NCBI GenBank assembly: GCA_963713865.1
Contig: OY970208.1
Span: 608,001-672,000 of the forward strand
Length of the DNA: 64,000 nt
Source: an uncultured candidate division Zixibacteria bacterium
GTDB lineage: Bacteria > Zixibacteria > MSB-5A5 > RBG-16-43-9
Direction of reading: 5' to 3'
Positions 1-10,963 of this stretch are shown here, piece by piece. Position numbers and translations under genes: made by a program. Numbering within the stretch: position 1 is the first letter of the stretch; each line of letters opens with the position of its first letter. A model generated the notes under the pieces. It saw only the letters and a list, made by a program, of their open reading frames with translations. It searched no databases and was not told where the DNA came from.

Positions 1-1269
1 CCCGAAACTGCATATCCTTTTCAAGCCAAAAGGGTAGTTTTAAAAAACGGTATGGTGGTCTTGATCAAAGAGAACCATTCAACCTCCTCAGTCAGCCTTA
101 TATTCAATGTCAAAGCTGGAAGTTTTTTTGATCCGAATAAAAAACATGGTTTAGCCAATTTCACGGCTACGATGTTAGACCGGGGCACGGATAATCTTTC
201 CAAGGATAAGATTGCCGAAGAGATAGATTTTTCAGGAGCTGAGCTTTATATAAATACTGCTGTCCAGTCAGTAAATATCTCTGCCAGATCCCTTCCCTCT
301 GACTACAAGAAGATTTTAGCCCTCTTAGGCGATATGCTGATCAATCCCTCGTTTCCTGAAGAGGAGATGGAAAAAGTCAGAAAAGAAATCTTAAGCTCCA
401 TAGATGAGAATTTGAATAATACCGGTTCTGTTGCAGAAGATAATTTACATAGGCTTCTTTATCCTGAACAAAACCCCTATCACTGGCCCGTTATTGGTGA
501 AAAAGACCAGGTCCTCTCTTTGACCAGGCAGGATCTGGACAATTTTCATAATCGCTATTATTTTCCAAATAACACTATCCTGGCGATAGTGGGTGATGTC
601 AATGTTAATGACGTAATGGATTTAATCGATAAGATTTTCGGTGGCTGGACACCCGGTAAAAAGGCTGTATATAAAGCACAAAATCTTTATCCCCCTGAAA
701 ATCCTGAAGAGAAAAATTTCAATTTAACCAATAAGACCCAGTCAGATATCGTCTTAGGTTATTTAGCCCCGACAAGGGAGGATAAAGATTTTTATTCCTT
801 CTTAGTAATGAACCATATAATCGGATCGTTTGGCATGGGCGGAAAAATGGGGCAGATAATTCGGGATGAGCAGGGTTTAGCCTATTATGTTTACAGCTAC
901 TTCCCCGGTTCTTTTACCCAACCACCCTGGCTTTTAAGAGCAGGAGTCAATCCCAAGAATGTTCAAAAGGCAGTAGAAAGCATGAAACAGGAGCTGGATA
1001 AATTAAGGAACGATCTGGTAACCGAGGATGAGCTGCAAAAATCAAAAGATGCAATGATAGGCAGCCTGCCAGTGAGCTTAGAGACTAACTCCGGAATAGC
1101 AAATCAGTTAATCACCCAGGAGTTTTATAACTTAGGTATGGACTATTTAGAAAAATACCCTAAAATCATAAATTCAATCACCCGGGAAGATATAAAAAGA
1201 GTAACCAGAAAATACCTCAAACCCAAATCCTACAAATTAGTCATCTCCGGACCAGAGGAGAAAGAATAA
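1..1269 (+). CDS. M16 (pitrilysin/insulinase) family zinc-protease, non-catalytic half; 5' partial
   Basis: Frame is open from base 1 (…VVLKNGM…). GLANFTATMLDRGT replaces HxxEH, and the IRDEQGLAYY motif is present. Confidence 0.85.
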   Translation, partial: PETAYPFQAKRVVLKNGMVVLIKENHSTSSVSLIFNVKAGSFFDPNKKHGLANFTATMLDRGTDNLSKDKIAEEIDFSGAELYINTAVQSVNISARSLPSDYKKILALLGDMLINPSFPEEEMEKVRKEILSSIDENLNNTGSVAEDNLHRLLYPEQNPYHWPVIGEKDQVLSLTRQDLDNFHNRYYFPNNTILAIVGDVNVNDVMDLIDKIFGGWTPGKKAVYKAQNLYPPENPEEKNFNLTNKTQSDIVLGYLAPTREDKDFYSFLVMNHIIGSFGMGGKMGQIIRDEQGLAYYVYSYFPGSFTQPPWLLRAGVNPKNVQKAVESMKQELDKLRNDLVTEDELQKSKDAMIGSLPVSLETNSGIANQLITQEFYNLGMDYLEKYPKIINSITREDIKRVTRKYLKPKSYKLVISGPEEKE

Positions 1270-1287
1270 GAATACCCTTATTCTTCT

Positions 1288-1892
1288 GTCATTGCGAGGA
1301 GTCCCCGTAGGGAACGACGAAGCAATCCCTCCAATTATTCGTAGTGCGACCTGCTTGTCCCGCAGTAACCGGGATCAGAGTCGCCTAAAAAACGTAGAGA
1401 CGCATAGCTATGCGTCTCAATTTTTGGAAGTGTATCCTACGGATGATGCACTCCATAAAAATAATAATTGACTAACCCCCAAATTTTATTTTGATTAAAT
1501 CAGAAGAGTTTTAGTTTCGTTTAATTTTTGGCAGGCAAGATGCCTGTCATACCAGAACCGTAGCGTTGCCCCGCCGAAGGCGGGGCAACGAAAGGAAAGA
1601 TTCACAGATGAATAAACAGATTGAGCAGATGTTCTATCTGCTTAATCATAATAATCAGCTGTGAGAAATTAGTTTTCCCTCTCCCCTCGTGGGAGAGGGA
1701 TAGGTTGAAAATCCCGCCAGAGGCGGGGGAGAGTGTAAGATAAAATCACCCTCCCTTTTATTCCCTCCCATTGAGGGAGGGATAATTGAATCTCCTCTCC
1801 CCTTGCGGGAGAGGATTAAGGAGAGGGGAATATGAAAAAATCTTCTGTATTCACCCTCCTTTTTTATTCCCTCCCATCAAGGGAGGGAAAAA
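1288..1892. repeat. Cluster of several palindromic REP-like mini-elements
   Basis: GTCATTGCGAGG…GAAGCAATC, GTAGAGACGCATAGCTATGCGTCTC (1394-1418), GTAGCGTTGCCCCGCCGAAGGCGGGGCAAC and four CCCTC(T)CC…GG(A)GAGGG hairpins. Confidence 0.8.
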
Positions 1893-1937
1893 GCAATGAT
1901 CACCCTAACATGAGTTAGGACGCTACGTTGAAAAATT

Positions 1938-3317
1938 ATGGACCTTTTTGAGAAGCAAAAAGAAAAAAGAATCGAAGAAACTCCTTTGGCTGACCGGATG
2001 AGGCCCAGGAATTTTGAGGAATTTGTGGGGCAGAGGCACATTCTCTCTGAGGGGAGTGTCTTGAGAAAAGCCATTGAAACAGGTGAGCTTCAATCTTTAA
2101 TTTTCTGGGGACCACCAGGCACCGGTAAAACCACCTTGGCCTTTATCATTGCTAATTATACTGGTGCAGATTTTGTCGCCTTCTCTGCAGTTACTTCAGG
2201 CATTAAAGAGATCAAGGAGATAATCGCGCATGCCACCAGGCAGAAAAAGCTCTACAATAAGAAAACCATACTTTTTATAGACGAAATCCACAGGTTCAAC
2301 AAAGCCCAGCAGGATGCCTTCTTACCCCATGTGGAAAAAGGAAATATAATCTTAATCGGAGCAACCACTGAAAACCCATCCTTTGAAGTAATCTCCGCTT
2401 TACTTTCAAGAACCATAGTATATACTTTAAACCCCTTAACTGAACAGGAACTAAAAGATATTCTAAATCGTGCTTTGCAGGATAAAGAAAATGGTTTGGG
2501 CAACTTAAAAATTAACCTTGATGAAAAAGCTAAGGATTTCATAGTCCAGATGGCAAATGGTGATGCCCGGATAGTTTTATCCACTTTGGAATTTGCAGTT
2601 ATGACCACTTCACCGGATGAAAAAGGAGTAAGAAATATTTCGCTACAGATAGCCCAGGAGGCAATGCAGAAAAAGGCTTTAGTCTATGACAAGGCTGGTG
2701 AAGAACATTATAATATAATCTCAGCCCTGCATAAAAGCCTGAGAGGCTCAGACCCGGATGCAGCTTTATACTGGCTGGGCAGGATGTTGGCTGGCGGAGA
2801 AGACCCCCTTTATATAGCCAGAAGATTGATCAGATTTGCCACTGAGGATATTGGAAATGCAGACCCGCAAGCATTACAGGTAGCTATTGCCTCTAAAGAA
2901 GCATATCATTTCCTGGGAACACCTGAAGGAGAACTTGCCTTAGCTCAGGCAGTGGTCTATTTGGCAACAGCCCCGAAGAGCAATGCCATCTATAAAGCCT
3001 TTGGAAAAGTGCAGAAAGATATTCAGGAAACCCAGGCACTTCCTGTCCCTTTGCATATTCGCAATCCAGTAACCGGGTTGATGAAAGAATTAGGCTATGG
3101 TAAAGATTACAAATATCCACACGATTTCCCCTATCATTTTGTAGATGAGGAGTATCTGCCGGATAACTTAAAGGGAAGAAGGTATTATCTCCCCACAGAT
3201 TTCGGTTTTGAAAAAGAGATAAAAAAGAGAATAGAGTGGTGGAGGAAAAAGAAGGGAGAGCTCAAGAAAGCCAAGAATAAGGATACAAACCAGAAATCAG
3301 GAACACAGAACTCCTGA
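1938..3317 (+). CDS. rarA: Replication-associated recombination protein A (AAA+ ATPase)
   Basis: PLADRMRP, WGPPGTGKT, IDEIHRFNKAQQD, SALHKSLRGSDPDA and YKYPHD motifs. Confidence 0.95.
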   Translation: MDLFEKQKEKRIEETPLADRMRPRNFEEFVGQRHILSEGSVLRKAIETGELQSLIFWGPPGTGKTTLAFIIANYTGADFVAFSAVTSGIKEIKEIIAHATRQKKLYNKKTILFIDEIHRFNKAQQDAFLPHVEKGNIILIGATTENPSFEVISALLSRTIVYTLNPLTEQELKDILNRALQDKENGLGNLKINLDEKAKDFIVQMANGDARIVLSTLEFAVMTTSPDEKGVRNISLQIAQEAMQKKALVYDKAGEEHYNIISALHKSLRGSDPDAALYWLGRMLAGGEDPLYIARRLIRFATEDIGNADPQALQVAIASKEAYHFLGTPEGELALAQAVVYLATAPKSNAIYKAFGKVQKDIQETQALPVPLHIRNPVTGLMKELGYGKDYKYPHDFPYHFVDEEYLPDNLKGRRYYLPTDFGFEKEIKKRIEWWRKKKGELKKAKNKDTNQKSGTQNS

Positions 3318-3392
3318 CCTACTAAACCTGCCTGCTTTTCTGCAAACTCTTTCTATTCGAAATTTCGGGTTCATCCTTTGAAGGAATTGGAT

Positions 3393-4235
3393 TCATTCCC
3401 CGTTTACCCTGATTCTATTTTTAAACTCAGCCAAGTATTGCTTGAACTCTATACCAAAAATTTTCAGGAAAACTCTTTTATCATCTTTTTCTTTCAAAAG
3501 TGCAGTCAAATATAGTAGAAATCTTTCTTTGCCATATTTCCTGATTATATCATCTACCAAACAAGCAAACTCCGAATAGATAAACATAAACTTGTTTGGC
3601 AGTGGAAAATACTTGACGCTCTTGCTTTGTGGTTTTAACAGCGTTGTGCTCCAGTCATCAGGATTTATGAAATATCCCTCCCTGATTTTGCTGAAAGTCT
3701 GTTCCTTAGAAAGATATTCATCCACCCCCCTCTGATTTGCAACGTATGTCGCGGTTCCCTCTAATAACCAGCCCGGATAGTATTGCGACCGATAAAGAGA
3801 CATGTTCTGAAACAACAATGAATGTGATAACTCATGCTGGAGATAAACAAGCAGGTGAATCTTTCCCCCTTCGTATTCCTTTCTTGCTCTTCCTGATACA
3901 AAGATCCTTCCATATAACGGGAAAGTTACAAAGCGAGCTTTTTGACCTGTATATCTGGTATACTCCTTATCTGAATTCAAGACAAATATCTTCACTTTGG
4001 TTTTAAATTTTAATTGGTGAAAGTCCTCAGCTTCATTCATCAAGCTATCTATCGTGTTAAACCTGGTAATATCTGTCCCTTTATGATAGTAGATTATCGC
4101 TTTACCAAATTCCTTCTTTTCGAAACCTATAATAATTGGTGAAAAAGGAAAGAGTCGCCCATAAAGGAAATTATAAGTCATTGCAGCTAATAATATTAAA
4201 ATAGTAATGAATAGAATCTTCTTTCTAAGCGGCAT
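3393..4235 (-). CDS. Membrane-anchored HExxH peptidase-MA-like protein
   Basis: N-terminal hydrophobic segment, HELSH, and downstream WLLEGTATY. Start moved to MPLRKK. Confidence 0.6.
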   Translation of the reverse strand: MPLRKKILFITILILLAAMTYNFLYGRLFPFSPIIIGFEKKEFGKAIIYYHKGTDITRFNTIDSLMNEAEDFHQLKFKTKVKIFVLNSDKEYTRYTGQKARFVTFPLYGRIFVSGRARKEYEGGKIHLLVYLQHELSHSLLFQNMSLYRSQYYPGWLLEGTATYVANQRGVDEYLSKEQTFSKIREGYFINPDDWSTTLLKPQSKSVKYFPLPNKFMFIYSEFACLVDDIIRKYGKERFLLYLTALLKEKDDKRVFLKIFGIEFKQYLAEFKNRIRVNGE

Positions 4236-4510
4236 TTTTAAAATCGATTCGGGAATTGGAATTCCCGGACCAGAGACATCAACGTGCAGTAAATTCAATT
4301 TCCACGCAAACAAAATAGCTCAATAATACAAGGAAAGCAAAGGAAAATGAAACAACTCGATATTTTTGCGCTGACCGTATCGATTTTTCGACTCTCGGTT
4401 CGTATAATTTTGAAATAGTGCTACGGTGAGGCGAACATATTACCATGTATTCACCCTCCCTTTATCCCTCCCATCGAGGGAGGGAAAAATGGATGGAAAT
4501 AGGTGTAACA

Positions 4511-5788
4511 ATGATCAAAAAAATTTTAATATCTCTCTTTATTTTTTCTTTCATAATAATTCTAATCCCTAAAAATATAGAGGCTCAAAAGCTTTTAATT
4601 CCGATGGACTTATCCCAAACCGACCATCTAAAAGCCTATGGAGTAGCCTACTGGTGCCTGAAGCAGGGGTATAATGTGGAATGGCTCTTAAATTACCGGG
4701 CTGGCTCTTTTATGGCAGACTATAGAGAGGATATTGCTGACCGCTGCAGGCTGCAGGGAGTATCTTTTGAAAAAATAGACCTGTCGGAAGCCGGGGCTAT
4801 TTATAAAGAGATAGAGGAAAATAATATGGATGTGGTCTTATTGGAAAAGGCACCAGCCATAGCAGTATATGTCCCGCCGAATAAAGAGCCCTGGGATGAT
4901 GCAGTCAGGCTGGCTTTGGCTTATGCTGAGATCCCTTATAAAACCTTATGGGATGAGGAGGTCTTGAAAGGGGAGCTGGAAAAATATGACTGGTTGCACT
5001 TACATCATGAGGATTTCACGGGCCAGTATGGGAAATTTTATGGCACTTTCAGAAACGAGCCCTGGTATAAAGAAGAGCAAGCCATCTGCGAGGTTACTGC
5101 AAAGAGATTAGGATTTAAAAAAGTCTCCGAGGAGAAAAAAGCAATTGCCAGAGCCATAAAAGACTATGTTGCGCGCGGAGGGTTCCTCTTTGCAATGTGC
5201 TCTGCTCCGGAGACTATGGATATAGCCTTATGTGCAGAGAATACGGACATCGTACCTCAGCCATTCGATGGTGACCCGCCTGACCCGGATTGCCAGAACA
5301 AGTTAGACTATACCAAGAGCTTCTCCTTTACTAATTTTTCAGTCTCCTTAAACCCTATGGAATACAGACATTCTGACATCGATACCTACCTAGACCGTTT
5401 AATGTGGGGATTAGATGCACAAAATGACTATTTCACTCTATTCGATTTCTCAGCCAAATTAGACCCGGTCCCCTCGATGCTGGTGCAGGACCATGTTAAT
5501 GTTATCCGGGGTTTTATGGGACAGACCACCGCCTTTAGAAAATCCCTTCTGAAAAAATATGTAACTATCTTGGGAGAGGTTGAGGGGGTAGATGAGGTCA
5601 GGTATATCCACGGTAATTTCGGAAGAGGAACCTTTACTTTTCTTGGCGGGCACGACCCGGAGGACTACGAGCACCGGGTAGGTGACCTACCTACAGAATT
5701 AAGCCTGCATAAAAGCTCGCCTGGTTATCGCCTAATCCTGAATAACATCCTCTTCCCCGCTGCCAAAAAGAAAGAAAGGAAAACATGA
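4511..5788 (+). CDS. Secreted conserved protein (often labelled asparagine synthetase B-like)
   Basis: Signal peptide, then LLIPMD…HLKAYG, WLHLHHEDFTGQYGKF and GGHDPEDY motifs. RBS AGGTG before 4511. Confidence 0.7.
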   Translation: MIKKILISLFIFSFIIILIPKNIEAQKLLIPMDLSQTDHLKAYGVAYWCLKQGYNVEWLLNYRAGSFMADYREDIADRCRLQGVSFEKIDLSEAGAIYKEIEENNMDVVLLEKAPAIAVYVPPNKEPWDDAVRLALAYAEIPYKTLWDEEVLKGELEKYDWLHLHHEDFTGQYGKFYGTFRNEPWYKEEQAICEVTAKRLGFKKVSEEKKAIARAIKDYVARGGFLFAMCSAPETMDIALCAENTDIVPQPFDGDPPDPDCQNKLDYTKSFSFTNFSVSLNPMEYRHSDIDTYLDRLMWGLDAQNDYFTLFDFSAKLDPVPSMLVQDHVNVIRGFMGQTTAFRKSLLKKYVTILGEVEGVDEVRYIHGNFGRGTFTFLGGHDPEDYEHRVGDLPTELSLHKSSPGYRLILNNILFPAAKKKERKT

Positions 5789-5941
5789 TCATCCTCCCTT
5801 CATCCCTACCATTAAGGGAAGGAAAGCCAAAAGCGAAGGAGTTACAAGTCTTCTCTCCCATCGTGGGAGAGGGGGAAACATTCAGAAAACACTTGTTAAT
5901 AAGACCGAATTTTAGTAATTTGGTACCCAGTTTTATTTAAG

Positions 5942-7571
5942 TTGGGACTTATGAATAATGCATTGCTAATTTATCCTGAGTTCTCGCCCTTTGGGTTCTG
6001 GAACTATAAGGAAGTTTGTAAATTAGTCGGTTCCAAATATCCAGCCGCACCGCTCGGAATGATAACTTTGGCAGCCCTTCTACCCAAGGAATGGAACATC
6101 AGGTTAATCGATATGAACATAGCTGAATTGTATGATGCTGATATCGACTGGGCTGATCTGGTATTCATTGGCGGAATGCTGTCCCAGCAAGTTTGTTTTC
6201 TGAAGCTGGTTGACAGGGTTCATGCACGCGGCAAAAAGGTTGTTTCCGGTGGTCCTGATCCAACTTCACAACCGGAGGTTTATAAAGGTTCTGATTATCT
6301 GGTTCTTGGCGAAGCTGAAGATACTATCACACCATTTTTAAATGATCTTCACGCGGGTGCACAAAGTGGGGTCTACTTCCCTTCTGAGAATAAGCCTGAT
6401 CTTATCACCAGTCCTGTTCCGCGTTTCGATTTGCTGTCTTTAGTTGATTATCTGATGATCGGAATCCAGTTTTCCCGTGGCTGTCCATATAACTGTGAGT
6501 TTTGCGATATAATTGAGCTTTACGGCAGGGTGCCACGCACGAAGACACCACAGCAAATCATAAACGAGCTTAATGTACTTTATAACCTCGGGTATAGAGG
6601 TCATATTGATTTTGTGGATGACAATTTCATAGGACATAAAGGAAAGGTAAAGCAGGCTCTCAGGGTACTCAGGGACTGGTCGCAAGCCCATAATTATCCA
6701 TTTTTCTTCTCCACGGAGTCGTCTGTCAACCTTGCAGATGATGAGGACCTTCTTGGATTAATGCGAGACCTCGATTTCAGGTACGTATTCATCGGCATCG
6801 AATCGGTGAACGAGGAGGTACTGCTCTCCAATCAGAAAATGCAGAACCTCAATCGAAAGCTCTATGACGATTTTCATAGAATCTACCATTATGGAATGGT
6901 GGTTAACGGCGGCTATATCGTAGGATTTGATGATGAAACCAGTGAAACGACCAGGCTGATTGCCGACTCTATCGAACAAAATAAGATATGTATGGCTATG
7001 GTAGGTTTACTATACGCACTCCCCGGTACTCAGCTGGCTCGCAGACTGGAACAAGAAAAACGGCTGTTCTGGATATTCAAACCTGCTGGATCCAAACAAC
7101 AAAGATAACGTTGACCAAGCCACCAGTGGACTTAATTTCGCCACACAAAGACCCAGAAAAGAAATAATAAACGATTTTGTTTACATACTAAAAGAAGTAT
7201 ATGATGGAAAGAGATACTTCAATAGATGTCTGAGACTGGGCCTGGTGTTGAAAGTTAGTAGAAAACACCGGTCTTCATTTTCCAGGAAGTTGATCACCAT
7301 ACGTGCTTTATTCCGGCTGATCAAGCAGCTTGGGTTCTCACCGTCGACCGCTTACTATTTTTGGAGAAACATCTTTATCATATTGCTAGTCCGTCCATCC
7401 GCCATAGAAGAAGTAGTCAATCTCATGGCAATGTACATTCATTTTCACAAACAAACGAAATATATCGTTGAGCTGATGACTCGTAGTTCGCAAAATATTA
7501 GCGAATCTGAAATGGCGTCCACTGTCACTGTGACGAGTGATGCTGAAGAGATTCCTGATGGTCATACCTAA
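5942..7571 (+). CDS. B12-binding radical SAM protein with DUF4070 (HpnP-like); apparent 1-nt frameshift near 7066-7072
   Basis: PLGMITLAA and SRGCPYNCEFC. The second frame continues DQATSGLNF… into ORF 7245-7571. Confidence 0.8.
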
Positions 7572-7631
7572 CCCTCCCTGCCAAGAGAGGGTAAATCAAG
7601 GATATGGTTCTTCCTTGTCAGGTAGTTCTGC

Positions 7632-7810
7632 AGTTCAGCTTGGTTCACTGCCCTGAGTTCGTCGAAGGGCAGTTCAGCTCAACTCACTGCCCTGTCTTCA
7701 ACCCTGACCTTCAGCTCTAAGCTCAGGTTGAAGAAGGCTCAGACCTGAAGAGAGCTTGTGGCTCGAGCTTACTCATCACCCTGAGCTTGTCGAAGGATCG
7801 AAGGGTGAAC
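7632..7810. repeat. Nested CCCTGAGCTTGTCGAAGG-type palindromic repeats
   Basis: CACTGCCCTGAGTTCGTCGAAGGG, CACTGCCCTG…, CACCCTGAGCTTGTCGAAGGATCGAAGGGTG. Confidence 0.6.
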
Positions 7811-7994
7811 ATCCTTATCCTGCAGCTTAAATCCTTGCAAGATCAAAATTAGCAAATAGTTATGCTCTTGCGTATTATAATTAAACTTTTAGATACTGGT
7901 ATGTGTCAAATAAAATAGAACTTTTTGTAGCGATGATGGTATGAAAAAATAAACCTTTTACATTTTTTGAGTTTCTGAACAGAAAGGAAATCTT

Positions 7995-9230
7995 ATGAAA
8001 AAGCTCTTCATTATAATCCCTGTCTTTGTGTTGATAATAACGCTTTTCTTTGTTTTTAAAGCTAAAAACAAAAAGTCTGAGGCAGCATTTCTTACTGCAG
8101 AAGTAACTAGGGGAGATATTACCATTATGGTAACTGCTACTGGAACTCTTGAGGCCATGACCACAGTTCAGGTAGGGAGTCAGGTCTCCGGAACCATATC
8201 CGCCCTTTATGCGGATTTCAATTCCCTGGTAAAAAAAGGACAGCTCATTGCCCAGTTAGACCCAACTTTTCTTAAAGCTCAGGTTGCCCAGGCTCAAGCA
8301 GATTTCGAAAGTGCAAAAGCCTCAACTGATCTTTCCAAAAAAGAATATGAGCGTTCCTTATCTTTGTTCCAGAAGAACATGATCTCCGAGTCTGAAAAGG
8401 ATAACTCTCTTAACAAATATGAGCTGGCTCAAGCTCAGGAAAAATCTGCCCAAGCTAGTATGGACCGGGTTAAGACTAATCTCGATTATGCCACCATAAC
8501 TTCTCCCATAGATGGAGTGGTTATCTCCAGGGATGTAGATGTAGGGCAAACTGTGGCAGCCAGCTTGCAAGCCCCCACTCTTTTCACCATCGCTAAAGAT
8601 TTAACCAGAATGAAGGTGAAAGCCAGCATAGATGAGGCGGATATCGGCAAAATAAAAGAAGGACAGGAGGTTATTTTTACCGTGGATGCTTATCCGGAAC
8701 AAAACTTTAAAGGAAAGGTAAGCCAGATAAGACTCTCCCCGGAAGTCGTGCAGAACGTTGTCTCCTATGACGTGATCATTGAAGTTTCAAATCCCGATCT
8801 TCTTTTGAAGCCGGGCATGACCGCTAATGTAACTGTACTGGTAGACCAGAGAGAAGATATCCTTAAGGTCCCTTCATCCGCATTACGTTTCCATCCATCC
8901 CTGAAGAAGAAAAAATCTTCCGGTGGATCCGGAAAGGCAGGTCCGATGGCTCGAAATATGTCTACCCCTGATTCCGGTACAATTATATCAAATTCTGCTG
9001 GTTTACGGATGGCAGGTCAAAATATGCTCTGGATTCTTAGCCAGCAGGAAAAACCTGAACCGGTTCCGGTTAAAATCGGGATATCAGACGGGTCTTACAC
9101 CCAGGTTATCTCAGATGATCTTAAAGAGGGTGATAAAGTCATTGTAGGAGAGAATAATTCAACATCTCCCTCGAATAACAACCAGGAGGTTAATCCCTTT
9201 GCTCCCAGGTTTGGCGGGGGCAGGAGGTAA
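7995..9230 (+). CDS. Efflux periplasmic adaptor subunit (MacA-like)
   Basis: [16 protein letters not shown]…[14 protein letters not shown] and LKPGMTANV motifs. Confidence 0.9.
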   Translation: MKKLFIIIPVFVLIITLFFVFKAKNKKSEAAFLTAEVTRGDITIMVTATGTLEAMTTVQVGSQVSGTISALYADFNSLVKKGQLIAQLDPTFLKAQVAQAQADFESAKASTDLSKKEYERSLSLFQKNMISESEKDNSLNKYELAQAQEKSAQASMDRVKTNLDYATITSPIDGVVISRDVDVGQTVAASLQAPTLFTIAKDLTRMKVKASIDEADIGKIKEGQEVIFTVDAYPEQNFKGKVSQIRLSPEVVQNVVSYDVIIEVSNPDLLLKPGMTANVTVLVDQREDILKVPSSALRFHPSLKKKKSSGGSGKAGPMARNMSTPDSGTIISNSAGLRMAGQNMLWILSQQEKPEPVPVKIGISDGSYTQVISDDLKEGDKVIVGENNSTSPSNNNQEVNPFAPRFGGGRR

Positions 9231-9232
9231 AA

Positions 9233-9970
9233 TTGGATCAGCTGATCTCAACTCATAATCTGATCAAAATCTATCAGCTCGGCGATTTTGAAATTCAGGC
9301 ATTAAGAGGTGTAGACCTCTCTATTGATAGAGGTGATTTTGTAGCTATAATGGGCCCTTCCGGTTCAGGGAAATCTACTTTAATGCATATCATCGGGTGT
9401 CTGGATCGACCGACCAAAGGGAGTTATTTTCTCGAGGGGAAAGACATCTCCTCTCTGGACCGAAACAGTTTAGCTCAAATTAGAAACCAGAAAATAGGTT
9501 TTGTCTTTCAATCTTTCAACCTTCTGCACCGGACTACCGCCCTGGAGAATGTGGAACTGCCCTTGCTTTATAATAACAGCTCTCCTAAAGTAATAGCTGA
9601 AAAGGCTAAAAAGGCTTTATCCCTGGTGGGTTTAGAGGGGAGAGAAAATTCTTATCCTAATCAGCTTTCCGGCGGACAACAGCAGAGAGTGGCTATTGCC
9701 AGAGCTCTGATCAATAACCCTGCAATAATCTTGGCAGATGAGCCAACTGGAAATTTAGATACCAGAACCTCTATCGAGGTAATGGAGATGTTTCAATCCT
9801 TGAATGAAAGCGGCATCACCATCGTGCTCATTACCCACGAAAACGATATAGCCACCTATGCTAAAAGAAACATAACCTTCCGGGATGGAAAGATCGTAAA
9901 AGATGAAGCTGTCTCCAATCCCAGACAAGCTAAAACTGAACTTTTATCTTTACCCCAGGTTGATACCTGA
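9233..9970 (+). CDS. ABC transporter ATP-binding protein (MacB/LolD-like)
   Basis: [18 protein letters not shown] and [10 protein letters not shown]. Confidence 0.92.
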   Translation: MDQLISTHNLIKIYQLGDFEIQALRGVDLSIDRGDFVAIMGPSGSGKSTLMHIIGCLDRPTKGSYFLEGKDISSLDRNSLAQIRNQKIGFVFQSFNLLHRTTALENVELPLLYNNSSPKVIAEKAKKALSLVGLEGRENSYPNQLSGGQQQRVAIARALINNPAIILADEPTGNLDTRTSIEVMEMFQSLNESGITIVLITHENDIATYAKRNITFRDGKIVKDEAVSNPRQAKTELLSLPQVDT

Positions 9971-10065
9971 GAAAGGAACAGAGAGGTAGCAAAAAGATGC
10001 TCTTTCTTTATTGGAATACTTTGAATATGTATAAACCGAAAGAGAAACATCAGAGGAGGTAGAAT

Positions 10066-10884
10066 ATGAGAAAAACTTATTTCCTGTATTTGTTAACCGC
10101 CATGTTGTTATTCCTGACTACTGTAACCAGTGGCAAGGAGACGCAATTAAATAGCATCTGGAAACAGGCAGAGATTAAAGTTGACGGTGATGAATCCGAA
10201 TGGTCAGGTTCGATGTATTATTTAGATGAAGAGAAAGTCGGCCTTGGTTTGCAAAATGATACGAACAATTTGTATATCATAATCAAGGCAACCGATCGAA
10301 ATACACAATTGCAGATAATGCGAGCGGGATTAACCATCTGGTTGGATGCAAAGGGAAAAAAGGAAAAGACCCTGGGAATACACTATCCCATTGGAATGCA
10401 GGATTATGGAATTCCAATGGTTATGGGACAAAAACCCGAGGAGAACAAAGAAGAAAGGCAAAAACAGTTTACGGAGATGACAGAGAAAATAGAGATCTTG
10501 GGTCCCGGAAAAAACGAGCGAAACAGAATTGCCAGGGTAAATAATTCCGGAATCGAAGCCTCGATCAACGATTCCCTGGGAATTATGGTCTGCGAACTCA
10601 AAATTCCCTTGAAACAGTCAAATGAGTTCCCTTATGCCATAGCTGCTAATGCTGGTGATATTATAAGCCTGGGACTGGAGACTGGTGAATTCAAACGAGA
10701 GAAAATGAAAGGAAATATGCCTAGGGGAGAGGGTATGCCTGGCGGTGGTGGAGGTGGGATGCATCCAGGTGGTAGAGGTGGTAGAGGTGGTATGCCAGGT
10801 GGCAGAGAAGGTATTAAAATGTCAGAGCCGATCAAATTTTGGACTAAGGTATCACTGGCGAGTGCCACAGTTAATAAAAATTAA
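10066..10884 (+). CDS. Secreted hypothetical protein with Gly-rich segment
   Basis: Signal peptide, IKVDG…EW, GGGGGMHPGGRGG, strong RBS GGAGG. Confidence 0.75.
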   Translation: MRKTYFLYLLTAMLLFLTTVTSGKETQLNSIWKQAEIKVDGDESEWSGSMYYLDEEKVGLGLQNDTNNLYIIIKATDRNTQLQIMRAGLTIWLDAKGKKEKTLGIHYPIGMQDYGIPMVMGQKPEENKEERQKQFTEMTEKIEILGPGKNERNRIARVNNSGIEASINDSLGIMVCELKIPLKQSNEFPYAIAANAGDIISLGLETGEFKREKMKGNMPRGEGMPGGGGGGMHPGGRGGRGGMPGGREGIKMSEPIKFWTKVSLASATVNKN

Positions 10885-10963
10885 GAAATGTGTTAGGCTT
10901 TTAACTACCTGAAATTGAACTAATTACCAAGGTTTTTCTTTGGAACAATTTAAGGAATTAGAG

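Noticed and set aside
1288-1892. Possible CRISPR array
   Set aside because: The repeats are heterogeneous and irregularly spaced, and there are no cas genes.
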